Below are positions 19,073 to 27,865 of a DNA stretch of 64,000 nucleotides, piece after piece. Both the position numbers and the translations under genes were made by a program. Numbering within the stretch: position 1 is the first letter of the stretch; each line of letters starts with the position of its first letter. The stretch lies in the IMG/VR virus record IMGVR_UViG_3300027804_003127, one strand, 5' to 3'. This stretch comes from a virus. The notes below the pieces were generated by a model. That model made no database searches and was not told the DNA's origin. It saw only the letters and a program-made list of their open reading frames with translations.

Positions 19073-19216
19073 TTCCCGCTCTTGCAGCAATGCAAGGGCG
19101 GGTTTTCTTTTTTTATCTTGCATTTTAGGCAATTGCCTATTTTTAATGAGTATGCTTAGCAGTTTCATGTGATTCTTTCCCGATCCTCTTTGCTACCGCA
19201 TATTGATCTCATACAA

Positions 19217-19251
19217 GGGACTTTAGCTCAGCGGTCTAGAGCTGGCGACTC
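19217..19251 (+). repeat. duplicate 5' half of tRNA(CAU)
   Basis: identical to 19298-19332. Confidence 0.9.
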
Positions 19252-19334
19252 TCTCGTTCTTTGACAATCAAATAGGTAAACATTTCCCATTTTAGTTGGG
19301 ACTTTAGCTCAGCGGTCTAGAGCTGGCGACTCAT

Positions 19335-20106
19335 CTGAACCCTTAATGAAGGTTCAAATGAGAAAGTTCGATAATAGTATTGTACTTTCTCAAGGAGTTT
19401 CATTATGGGTAGACAAAAGTCAGTAAGAGATTTGAATGGCTATAGGGTCATCTATTTGCCAGATCATCCAAAGGCAATGAAAACAGAAAACTGGTACGGC
19501 TATGTATATGAACACATAGCCGTAGCAGAAGATTGCTTAGGAAGAATGCTGCAAGCAAATGAGATTGTCCATCACTTAGACGGTGATCGGACAAATAACA
19601 GATCCTGCAATCTTCTTGTTATCACAAGAGGAGAACATTCAAAATTGGAAAACTGGCTTGCGTGTGGTGCGCCGTCAATGAAAGTTGACGGATTGAATCG
19701 GATGAAATCAGGGAAACCTAAGTGGAAAAAAGCAGAGTATTGCAATATCTGCAACAAGACTCTTCAGAGTAAACAAAAGAACTGCTGTTCAAAAGAATGC
19801 AGCGATTTATTTTGTCGAAAAGTAACGCGCCCTTCAAAGGAAGAGTTACTTGAAGATTTGAGTTCAAAGTCGGTATTATCCATAGGCAAAAAATACGGTG
19901 TTAGTGACAATGCTGTTCGCAAATGGATGAAGCGATACGAGATCCATAAGGCAATCCTGAGCCAAGTCACCGATACATCGGTGAAAGGTGCAGAGACTAC
20001 TGGAGAGGTTTAGTCCTCTTAATAACCAGATTAGCGTCCGACACCTAAGGTCGTAAGACTAAGGTGATGATATAGTCCAAGGAGTAACGAAAGTTACACA
20101 AACTTG
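19335..20106 (+). mobile_element. group I intron in tRNA(CAU)
   Basis: AAATCAGGGAAACC (P), GCAATCCTGAGCCAA (Q), GCAGAGACTA (R), GATATAGTCC (S), terminal G. Confidence 0.85.
19405..20013 (+). CDS. intron-encoded HNH homing endonuclease
   Basis: YEHIAVAE...VHHLDGDRTNN; Zn-finger and HTH at C-terminus. Confidence 0.9.
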   Translation: MGRQKSVRDLNGYRVIYLPDHPKAMKTENWYGYVYEHIAVAEDCLGRMLQANEIVHHLDGDRTNNRSCNLLVITRGEHSKLENWLACGAPSMKVDGLNRMKSGKPKWKKAEYCNICNKTLQSKQKNCCSKECSDLFCRKVTRPSKEELLEDLSSKSVLSIGKKYGVSDNAVRKWMKRYEIHKAILSQVTDTSVKGAETTGEV

Positions 20107-20183
20107 AATCGCTCGGTCACAGGTTCAAATCCTGTAAGTCCCATTAGGAAAATGTTTGCTTGTTTGATTGTAAAGACGAGAGT

Positions 20184-20218
20184 TCGCTCGGTCACAGGTT
20201 CAAATCCTGTAAGTCCCA
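20184..20218 (+). repeat. duplicate 3' half of tRNA(CAU)
   Basis: identical to 20109-20143. Confidence 0.9.
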
Positions 20219-20248
20219 TTGTTTTTCAACTTATATAAGGAAATGCTC

Positions 20249-20626
20249 ATGAACATCTACGCTAGAATAGTTTTTTACGGTTACTTCTTTAGCATGCTTT
20301 CATTGTTTGCTGCTTTTTTTACAATGAATATGCCTCCGTACAATCTGTATCTCTTGTCCGCGTCCGTTATGAGCGGGATCATTGGGTCTTGTGCGATGAT
20401 TCTTTACTTCACCAATAGGCTTGACAGGTCAATCAGAGATCTTGAATCAAGTTTGTTAGAAATGGACAGAAGGATTGTTTGGCTTTCTGAATCTATTGAT
20501 CGCAGGATCAACGACAATCAGGTGGACCACATCCATACGATTGAAAATATGAGAAAAGAGTTCAATGACGACATTCGTGAACTCTCTCACTCAATCGAAA
20601 AACACAAAGATAAAGTAGGTGTCTAA
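20249..20626 (+). CDS. membrane protein with coiled coil
   Basis: two TM segments. Confidence 0.6.
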   Translation: MNIYARIVFYGYFFSMLSLFAAFFTMNMPPYNLYLLSASVMSGIIGSCAMILYFTNRLDRSIRDLESSLLEMDRRIVWLSESIDRRINDNQVDHIHTIENMRKEFNDDIRELSHSIEKHKDKVGV

Positions 20627-20943
20627 TGTCTCGAAAACCTGTAAATGCAAAGGCTGGCCTTGATAGGCTCTCTGTGCTTAACGGAGATAGTGCCACTCAA
20701 TATGTCAAGACTTGTGAGTCTAGTGCAGGAGCAGTTAGTTTCAAGGCAGGGGTATATGCCCGTAGTGTGAACGACAATGGCTGGGCATGTCCTCGTGCCA
20801 TTGATGACATCAAGACTCAAGGGCTTATCAAAAGCATGGCATGGACTGTTCACGCTTTAAGGCGCAGAGCAGAAAATGGCGATGCAGAGGCTCAAGTCAT
20901 CATTAAGAACATTAACGAGATTGTAAAAGGCGTTTCTGAATAA
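20626..20943 (+). CDS. hypothetical protein
   Basis: TAATG coupling. Confidence 0.65.
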   Translation: MSRKPVNAKAGLDRLSVLNGDSATQYVKTCESSAGAVSFKAGVYARSVNDNGWACPRAIDDIKTQGLIKSMAWTVHALRRRAENGDAEAQVIIKNINEIVKGVSE

Positions 20944-21068
20944 CTCGATAATGGCTTAAATAAAGCAGGCGTTCAATATGGCGCCTGTTTTTTTTATTGA
21001 TTTGTAACTTTTTTTTACCGTTTGAGATCCTTTTAGCGTACAAATCCTTTGTACAAGGAGACAGAAAC

Positions 21069-21287
21069 ATGGATCTTGAATGGACGCCGCCAGAGAAGTC
21101 GCCAAGAAGGCTGCCACAGAAGGAAGCGCAGTCGAATGATGTGCTTACAAATCCCATCATTGCTTCTGGACTGCTATCTATTGCTACAGGAAAAAATGTT
21201 CAGCCTCCTATGACGGGCAAGGCTGGACGCGACTATATGAATACTATTATCAGTCAAGGTCACACTCCGCCGTCTTTCGACTTCTGA
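21069..21287 (+). CDS. hypothetical protein
   Basis: AAGGAG RBS. Confidence 0.55.
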   Translation: MDLEWTPPEKSPRRLPQKEAQSNDVLTNPIIASGLLSIATGKNVQPPMTGKAGRDYMNTIISQGHTPPSFDF

Positions 21288-21364
21288 CTCCCGAATCCCG
21301 AAAACGGGAGCGTGGTTAGGTATGTCGGCAGTTCATCAAATCTCATTCAAAAAGTTTCCATAAA

Positions 21365-22336
21365 ATGCCCATCCGAAATCTTGGCTACGCCTGTCAGAAC
21401 ATGACCCTGTGCGATGTGAAGCCCGCTTCCAAGCGAGTCTTTACCGACCGCACTCTTCGCATGGATGGCTTCAGCATCCGTCGAGTGAATGAACTGGCTC
21501 TCTCTAATGCGCGAGACTTGCTCAAGGTTATGTGGTGGAATGTGGAGAACGACATCAAGTTTTTCCGCATCGGGTCAGGGATCTTTCCCTTCATGGATCA
21601 TCCCGAACTCAACTACAAGATTTCAGATTTGCCTACTGCGCACTCAATCATGGGTGTCCTGAATGGTGTCGGCAGTTTGGCTAGGGATAATGGGATCAGG
21701 CTGTCTATGCACCCTGGTCCATATACCTGTCTTGCTAGTCCTGACGATAGTGTGGTTGCCAAGTCTTTGATGTGCATAGAGATGCACTCTGCTATTGGTG
21801 ACGCGCTAGGCATGGAAGATGACTTCCCGATCAACATTCATGTTGGCGGGACATACGAGGGTAAGCAGCCTACTGCGCAGCGTTTCATCAACAACTTCAG
21901 CAAGTTGTCTGCTACTGCCCAAAAGCGTCTGACTCTTGAGAATGATGACAAGCCTAGTATGTGGACAATCCAAGACCTTTTGCCCATCTCGGAGAATACG
22001 GGTGTGCCTCTTGTGATTGATGTCCACCACCATTCTTTGAATCATGGTGGGATTCCTCTTGACGAAGCGGCGCAGATGGCTTTCAATACTTGGTCGAAAG
22101 ATCGCGTACCGAAGATTCACTACAGCGAACCGCGTGACGGATCTCGACCACAGGCTCATGCCGATTATGTGTCAAAGTCTATTCCCGAACTCTGTGCAGT
22201 TAGGGAGTACGATGTGATGATTGAAGCAAAAATGAAGGAACTAGCCTTGTTGCGGTACAGGGCTTCGTTCCCGAAGCACGAAAACGGGAGTGCGGTTAGG
22301 TCATGCCAAGCAGAATCTACGACAATCTCCATCTAA
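21365..22336 (+). CDS. uvsE: UV damage endonuclease UvsE/UvdE
   Basis: LGYAC, RLSMHPG, NIHVGG, LENDD, DVHHH, HAD, MIEAKxKE. Confidence 0.92.
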   Translation: MPIRNLGYACQNMTLCDVKPASKRVFTDRTLRMDGFSIRRVNELALSNARDLLKVMWWNVENDIKFFRIGSGIFPFMDHPELNYKISDLPTAHSIMGVLNGVGSLARDNGIRLSMHPGPYTCLASPDDSVVAKSLMCIEMHSAIGDALGMEDDFPINIHVGGTYEGKQPTAQRFINNFSKLSATAQKRLTLENDDKPSMWTIQDLLPISENTGVPLVIDVHHHSLNHGGIPLDEAAQMAFNTWSKDRVPKIHYSEPRDGSRPQAHADYVSKSIPELCAVREYDVMIEAKMKELALLRYRASFPKHENGSAVRSCQAESTTISI

Positions 22337-23406
22337 TCAAAATGAGCGTTGGTTCATCTCACTCTGCGGGAATCTCTAGTGACTCGCAGATTGTGGGATG
22401 GGGTAGTTCCGCGAAGGGGAAGTTGGACTTCAACGACATCAACGACGCAACAGACATTGACTGTGCCTACGCGCATACTGCGTGGATCAGCAACTCTACT
22501 GCAAAGGTCTGCGGCAATGATAGATTTGGTCGATGCGATCAGTCTATCTTCTCCGTTGCAAATCCTGTTGCGGTTCGTACATCAAAGTTTCATACAGCAG
22601 TGCTTTCCAATAGCGGATATTTATACACCTTGAATGTGTATGGGGATCAGTCCAAGTACGGCAGCACTCCTTCTCGCTACTACCGCAAGGTGAACTCAAA
22701 TCATGGAATGTTCTCATTACCTGATATGACCGCTCACTTTGATGTCTGCGATGACGGAACTGTTGTCATTGCGAGTAAGACGCATATCCACGCATTCAGA
22801 GAGGTTTCTGAAGAGTTTGCTTACAAGGGAGTCATTACATCTCTGCAAGCAAGCGATAGCGTCTGCGTGATTGTCTCTGACGCAACTGCCTTCTGCTTTG
22901 TTTGGGACGGCAAGAATGGACATTTCCCGCTTGCTTTAGACGGTGAGTTCTGCAAGTTTGCCTTCTGTGGTCGAGACTATGTTGGCATTGTCAAGCACGA
23001 CAACACCTTCTTGCTCAAAGGCTCTCATTTCGGTTCTGTCCAACTGCCTATGGGCTGGGATATCACCAACTTCGCTAGTGGAGACAATGGCTACGCGATT
23101 ACTGTCTGCGACAACGACATGAACCGTCATCTTGTTCTTGTTGGCAACAACACAGTCAACAAGGAACTTGTTATCGCAGACAAGGATTTTCGTGAATGCC
23201 CTAGAGACAAGAGTGCAAGTACCGAAGATCATCCTGTCTACAAGGTGAAGCCGCTTGTCAGCAAGAACGCTGTTCAAGAACAAGCGCCTATCTTGAGTAG
23301 TCTTGAAAGCAGCGATGCTTGTTGCTACGAGTGTTCTTCTTGTGACTTCAAGTATGTCTCGAAATCACCCAAATGTCCTCTTTGCGGAAAGGAAGCAAAT
23401 GGGTGA
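22303..23406 (+). CDS. RCC1-like beta-repeat protein with C-terminal Zn ribbon
   Basis: SVGSSHSAG...GWG; CxxC...CPLC; ATG directly after the motif. Confidence 0.65.
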   Translation: MPSRIYDNLHLIKMSVGSSHSAGISSDSQIVGWGSSAKGKLDFNDINDATDIDCAYAHTAWISNSTAKVCGNDRFGRCDQSIFSVANPVAVRTSKFHTAVLSNSGYLYTLNVYGDQSKYGSTPSRYYRKVNSNHGMFSLPDMTAHFDVCDDGTVVIASKTHIHAFREVSEEFAYKGVITSLQASDSVCVIVSDATAFCFVWDGKNGHFPLALDGEFCKFAFCGRDYVGIVKHDNTFLLKGSHFGSVQLPMGWDITNFASGDNGYAITVCDNDMNRHLVLVGNNTVNKELVIADKDFRECPRDKSASTEDHPVYKVKPLVSKNAVQEQAPILSSLESSDACCYECSSCDFKYVSKSPKCPLCGKEANG

Positions 23407-23527
23407 TCGTGGTTGGTACTCGTATGTCGAGCCGACTATGAGTTGGTGGATATCTCATACCCCCGTGTGGATGCAGCCCAAATGGGTTTGGGATATCTAC
23501 TATTTCGCACTAGACAGACTTCCGTGA
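23399..23527 (+). CDS. small Trp-rich protein
   Basis: overlaps upstream stop. Confidence 0.35.
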   Translation: MGDRGWYSYVEPTMSWWISHTPVWMQPKWVWDIYYFALDRLP

Positions 23528-23543
23528 TACGATAAAGTATCAG

Positions 23544-23625
23544 GGCTTTGTGGCGGAACAGGCAGACGCGCTCGATTCAAAATCGAGAGCCGAAAGGCGT
23601 GTGGGTTCGATTCCCACCAAAGCCA
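23544..23625 (+). tRNA. tRNA-Leu(CAA)
   Basis: CTCGA-TT CAA AA-TCGAG, long variable arm. Confidence 0.95.
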
Positions 23626-23629
23626 TGAA

Positions 23630-23714
23630 GGGATTGTGGCGGAACAGGCAGACGCAAGGGACTTAAAATCCCTCGGTTTCAAAAACCATGTGGGTTCGAT
23701 TCCCACCAATCCCA
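23630..23714 (+). tRNA. tRNA-Leu(UAA)
   Basis: AGGGA-CT TAA AA-TCCCT, long variable arm. Confidence 0.95.
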
Positions 23715-23728
23715 TTGAAGGAAAAAAC

Positions 23729-24442
23729 ATGAGCAAGACAAAAACTAATACCAAGAAGAAGATCAAGAAGAAGGTCAAGAAGGCTTCGTTTAAGCAGATT
23801 GATCCCAAGTTTGATTGGGCAAAGAAGTTTAAACTCAAGTCAGTCAAGAAGAGCATCGCAAAGATGGTTAGCGAGTGCCTTCATTCTGAAGAATGTCTGC
23901 TTTCCGAAAACATGAAAGACGATGCGTTCGCAACTACGCTTGTCTCTTATGCTCCGAAATGCGCAGCATATCTGCCAAGCAATGTTGTGATTGATGAGAA
24001 CAAGGTTAAGTCTCTTGGTCTTATTCATCAGTTGGCTTTTGACAAGCAGAAAGAGCGCAGTCCGTGGTCGCGTAGTCCCAACATCGACTTCATCGCTTCT
24101 GCTATTGCCCTTATGTCAAAGGGAGTAAATGAGATTCATTTCTCATACAGCGGTGGTACTGATGAGATTTCTTCCAACGATGACATCATTTGCGAGTGGA
24201 TTGATCGCGAGTATGAATCTTGGGAGAATCAGTTGAACGACAGCAATGAAATGTCGGAATGGCTTAAGTCTCAAGATGGATGCTGTGAGCCTATTGATAT
24301 GCTCTACTCATTCCTTGATGACGGTGGAGCAGGACCGCCAGAGTATTCGCAGAGTTTCAAGATCACATTCTTCAAATGGGGTCACGAAACATACGGATAC
24401 GAAGAGGATCAAGATGACTGGCAGGAGGAAGAGGACGAGTAA
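23729..24442 (+). CDS. hypothetical protein, paralog of 32556
   Basis: YSGGTDEI...DDGGAG shared motif. Confidence 0.7.
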   Translation: MSKTKTNTKKKIKKKVKKASFKQIDPKFDWAKKFKLKSVKKSIAKMVSECLHSEECLLSENMKDDAFATTLVSYAPKCAAYLPSNVVIDENKVKSLGLIHQLAFDKQKERSPWSRSPNIDFIASAIALMSKGVNEIHFSYSGGTDEISSNDDIICEWIDREYESWENQLNDSNEMSEWLKSQDGCCEPIDMLYSFLDDGGAGPPEYSQSFKITFFKWGHETYGYEEDQDDWQEEEDE

Positions 24443-24524
24443 TCGAACAAATACCCTCCCGTGTAGGAAACTGCACGGGAGGGCTTTCATTCCCGAAACC
24501 CGAAAACTGGAATGGGGTTAGGGC

Positions 24525-25052
24525 ATGGCAATCGCACCTATCCCCAAAGATGGTTGGAAGTTTCGCGTTGCTCGTAGAAGGGCATCGCGCCTACTGAAAG
24601 AAGCGTATCCTCAAGGATGGAGGATACGGATTGCAGCCGTCAGGGGCAGGATCAGGCAGTCTTACTACAAGAATGCCTACAAGAAGGGTGCTGCCACATA
24701 CGCGAACAACATCTCAAGTGAGTTATTTGCCTTCCCCTTCTTCATTACGGCGACTAGGTACTTGGCTAAAAGCAAGAAAGAAGTAGGAAAGCCATATCTC
24801 AAGTTGTTTCTGCACCCTACAAAGGGTAGACTTTGGACGCTTTCTTGTTGGTCTGATGTCAAGGGTGGGGCGAAATCCTTGCAGATGGCTCAACGACTTT
24901 TGAATCAAGAAGTTGATCCCGTGTTTGACTGCATGGAGACATTGAAGTGCCTGATGAACTCGGACGAGATGATGCAGATGGTGGGGATTGCGAAAGCAAG
25001 AGAACTGCCTCGATTTCCAAGAACTAAACGAAAGACAAAAAATGCAAACTAA
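24525..25052 (+). CDS. basic hypothetical protein (leaderless)
   Basis: ATG directly after the motif. Confidence 0.7.
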   Translation: MAIAPIPKDGWKFRVARRRASRLLKEAYPQGWRIRIAAVRGRIRQSYYKNAYKKGAATYANNISSELFAFPFFITATRYLAKSKKEVGKPYLKLFLHPTKGRLWTLSCWSDVKGGAKSLQMAQRLLNQEVDPVFDCMETLKCLMNSDEMMQMVGIAKARELPRFPRTKRKTKNAN

Positions 25053-26199
25053 AGTTGTTTCCTTCGATGCCCAATATAACGCCGCTTGCTTTGTGACCAA
25101 CCACGGAGATGTGAGGTTTGTTGGTGACGCAAGCAAGTACGGACAGTTTGGATACTGGTCTAAAGGCAATAGTACGGTAGCCGTTGTTAACTCTAATGGC
25201 ACTACTACTGTTCGCTCTCTTGGAGACAAGAACTACAGAAGTCCACCTCAAGACATGGGAAAGATCGTCAAGTGCTTAATGCGCTATGACGCCACCTTTG
25301 CACTTGATGAGAACAACAAACTGAATGTTTGGGGTACTGTCAAGAAAAAGACTTGGGAAGTCCTGCCTCATTCAGAGAAGATCAAGGACATCATTCCTTT
25401 CGGCTCATGCGCGATTATCTTCGTTAAGGCAAATGGAGAAAATCAACTCTTTGAGTTCAGAAAGATCGACAATCTGACCTTTATTAACATACGAGCATTT
25501 CTCAATCACAACAAGAGTGGGATCAGTTCTGCTGCATTCGATCACAACATTGGTTGGATTCGTTTCAATGATGGCGAGACAGTTATTTGCCACGAGTTGA
25601 ATGAAGATTCTCGTAAGCCCAACCTGTTTGTTTGCCAAACTGAATGGGTGGCAAATGATTGGCATTACTTGTATTGGAAAACTAGTGGTGGCGTAAAGTC
25701 GATTACGCGCAGAGATAGCAGCCATCATAATCCTTTGAATCGTTCTGAAGCGATGAAGGACGCTGTCTACGCTTGCTCGTTCGGAGATCATCTGTGTTGG
25801 ATGAATGAAGATTACTCCGTGCATTGCTTGTCGTGGGACTGGTATCAAAGAGATAAAGAGCCACTCTCTTTCGCTTTTGACAAGAAGCCAATGAACATTC
25901 ATCCGTATTTCATTCAAGATGCAGATGGCGTCTTGATCTCTTGCAGGAAAGACACATGGAGTGGTGCTGACTTGATTCTGTCTGCCTTTCCTGAATGGGC
26001 TGATGATGAGAACATTGTGATGAATCTCATCAAGGAGACTCCAAAGAACTTTCAGTTTGCTTCGCAAAGACTTCGCAAAAGCGTAGAGTTCTCCAAGAAG
26101 GTCGCAGCACTTGGTCCCGAACATCTTGCCTATGTTGATGGCATGATGCGCAGGAATAGGGAACTGCGTTCATACAAGAGACTGTACGAGATGGCTTGA
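25042..26199 (+). CDS. beta-repeat protein with DUF4116-like C-terminus
   Basis: ENIVMNLIKETPKNFQFASQRLR. Confidence 0.65.
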   Translation: MQTKVVSFDAQYNAACFVTNHGDVRFVGDASKYGQFGYWSKGNSTVAVVNSNGTTTVRSLGDKNYRSPPQDMGKIVKCLMRYDATFALDENNKLNVWGTVKKKTWEVLPHSEKIKDIIPFGSCAIIFVKANGENQLFEFRKIDNLTFINIRAFLNHNKSGISSAAFDHNIGWIRFNDGETVICHELNEDSRKPNLFVCQTEWVANDWHYLYWKTSGGVKSITRRDSSHHNPLNRSEAMKDAVYACSFGDHLCWMNEDYSVHCLSWDWYQRDKEPLSFAFDKKPMNIHPYFIQDADGVLISCRKDTWSGADLILSAFPEWADDENIVMNLIKETPKNFQFASQRLRKSVEFSKKVAALGPEHLAYVDGMMRRNRELRSYKRLYEMA

Positions 26200-26294
26200 A
26201 TCAGGGCGGGGGCGCAAGCCCCCGCCCCTCCTCCCGAAACCCGAAAACTGGAGCGGAGTTAGGGTGTAGGCGAAGCACAAAAAGGATCAATCAG

Positions 26295-26765
26295 ATGAAT
26301 GACGAGAACTGCGACTGGCTGAAGGAAAAGATCAATCCTGGATCAGAAATCACTCCCAATGACATTGCTTCTTGGGCTGGTGTGACTGTTGAGACTGCCA
26401 CGGTAGAGCAGCGCAAGTGGGACATGATTAGGCTCAAGTTGCGCGCCTATGTGGAGCGGTGGTTCTTTGAGCGCCACGGACATCACACTTTTGTGGAGAA
26501 CAGCGGTCTTGGCTTGCGAGTGATTGACCAATCGCAGACTGATGAAAAGAGCGATCAGTCCATTTCCTATGCGATGCGCTCTATCCGCAAGAACACTAGG
26601 ATTTGCGAGACTACTGCGGCAAAGGTGAACGACCGCAATCTGCAATCTTCTTTGCGAGACAAGGCTGCAAGACTGAAGAGCATGACAGGCACAAGTGAAT
26701 GGAAGTCTCTTCGCTCTCGCCTTTGGATGGGGCGAGATGCTTTCGGCAAGAATGACAGCAAGTAA
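26295..26765 (+). CDS. hypothetical protein co-transcribed with the Cas7-like gene
   Basis: AAAGGA RBS downstream of the 26233 motif. Confidence 0.7.
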   Translation: MNDENCDWLKEKINPGSEITPNDIASWAGVTVETATVEQRKWDMIRLKLRAYVERWFFERHGHHTFVENSGLGLRVIDQSQTDEKSDQSISYAMRSIRKNTRICETTAAKVNDRNLQSSLRDKAARLKSMTGTSEWKSLRSRLWMGRDAFGKNDSK

Positions 26766-26798
26766 ACAAAATCTCTGATCTATAAGGATAGAATCAAA

Positions 26799-27389
26799 AT
26801 GACAAACAGTCTCGACATTCGTACTCTCAACTTCGTCATCGCAGGCATTGTGCCTCTGATTACCCACAACGGGCAACTTGCCAACCATTTCAACTCTCAT
26901 ACCAAGCGGCTCAAGTCCTTGACTTCTATCAAGAGCAAGAAGGAAGAGAATCATCTTGAGATTCAGCGTGTGGAGTGGGAGGGTGGTCTTTACCTAAACA
27001 ACAAGGGAGAGCCTTGCATCCCTCTTGATGTGCTTCGTGCCACCTTCACTAATGGTGCAAAGAAGTCAAAGCACGGTCCCATCTTCAAGGCGGGCGTCTA
27101 CTTCAATAGTGATGGCGAACTGATCTACGATGGTCCTCGTACCGTTGAAGGTCTTGCAGAGCGGTTCAACGAGTTCTCTGATGTTCGACTTGTGAATGTC
27201 AATGGCAGCAAGGTTCTGCGCACTCGTCCGATCTACAATGATTGGAAGGTCAAGTTCTCCGTGGACTTCGATCCGTCAATCATTGACGAGGCAGATGTGA
27301 TCGCTGCCGTTGCCAATGCGGGTCGCACCGTTGGGATGTGCGAGATGCGCCCGACATACGGACGGTTTGTGATTGAGTCCGTGAAGTAA
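26799..27389 (+). CDS. solitary Cas7/RAMP-like protein
   Basis: IAGIVPLITHN, CIPLDVLRATF, RTRP...W, C-terminal G-rich loop GRTVGMCEMRPTYGRF. Confidence 0.7.
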   Translation: MTNSLDIRTLNFVIAGIVPLITHNGQLANHFNSHTKRLKSLTSIKSKKEENHLEIQRVEWEGGLYLNNKGEPCIPLDVLRATFTNGAKKSKHGPIFKAGVYFNSDGELIYDGPRTVEGLAERFNEFSDVRLVNVNGSKVLRTRPIYNDWKVKFSVDFDPSIIDEADVIAAVANAGRTVGMCEMRPTYGRFVIESVK

Positions 27390-27405
27390 CTTCATTGATA
27401 CTTGC

Positions 27406-27790
27406 GATCAGGTATGGCGGGATGGGGTCGGATGTGTTTTGATCGGGCAAGTTTCTTCTCTCTCATTTGGGGAACTGAATGAGAGGGATTCAAGTTGGGG
27501 TTAGGTCAGATGTGTTTAGACAAGATGTGGTGTGTTGCGATTTGTTCTGCTCTGTCGAGCAAAGCAACGGTCTGTTGGGTTTTGCTAACTCTCTCATTTG
27601 GGGAACTGAATGAGAGAGATTTTTTAGGTGCGCTAGGGTCTGTGTTAGTTTAGATCAGATTGGGTGCGGTCGGGTCTGTTTTGATCGGGCAAGTTTCTTC
27701 TCTCTCATTTGGGGAACTGAATGAGAGGGATTCAAGATTAGGCAAGGTGAGAATAGGTATGGTCTGTCACGGAATGGTCTGCTTTGCTAA
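27406..27790 (+). ncRNA. array of four phased G-N-Y-N-N pentamer tracts separated by a repeated 30-bp hairpin; putative guide-RNA array
   Basis: tracts 27406-27455, 27494-27588, 27627-27697, 27736-27790; hairpins 27458-27487, 27589-27618, 27700-27729. Confidence 0.75.
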
Positions 27791-27795
27791 TCCTA

Positions 27796-27823
27796 CCCCT
27801 GTTCTGATAACTTGGAACAGGGG
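27796..27823 (+). terminator. hairpin closing the array
   Basis: CCCCTGTTCT/GGAACAGGGG. Confidence 0.55.
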
Positions 27824-27865
27824 GCTTCCGCTCCCGAAACCCGAAAACTGGAAAGGAGTTAGGGC

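Larger units (their letters stand above)
19298..20143 (+). tRNA. tRNA(CAU), probably Ile2; exons 19298-19334 and 20107-20143
   Basis: GGCGA-CT CAT|AA-TCGCT, as in ileX-type tRNAs. Confidence 0.85.

Noticed and set aside
18844-19128. 94-aa ORF
   Set aside because: Lies within the tmRNA.
27497-27508. GGGGTTAGGTCA in array tract 2 matches the 3' end of the promoter motif (self-targeting?)
   Set aside because: Only 12 nt and compatible with the pentamer pattern by chance; my by-eye gapped decoding found no convincing in-window target.
27458-27729. Canonical CRISPR array (three 30-bp palindromic repeats)
   Set aside because: Spacers are 101 and 81 nt, 5-nt periodic and partly identical to each other; no cas1/cas2. 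Reported as a distinct array type instead.
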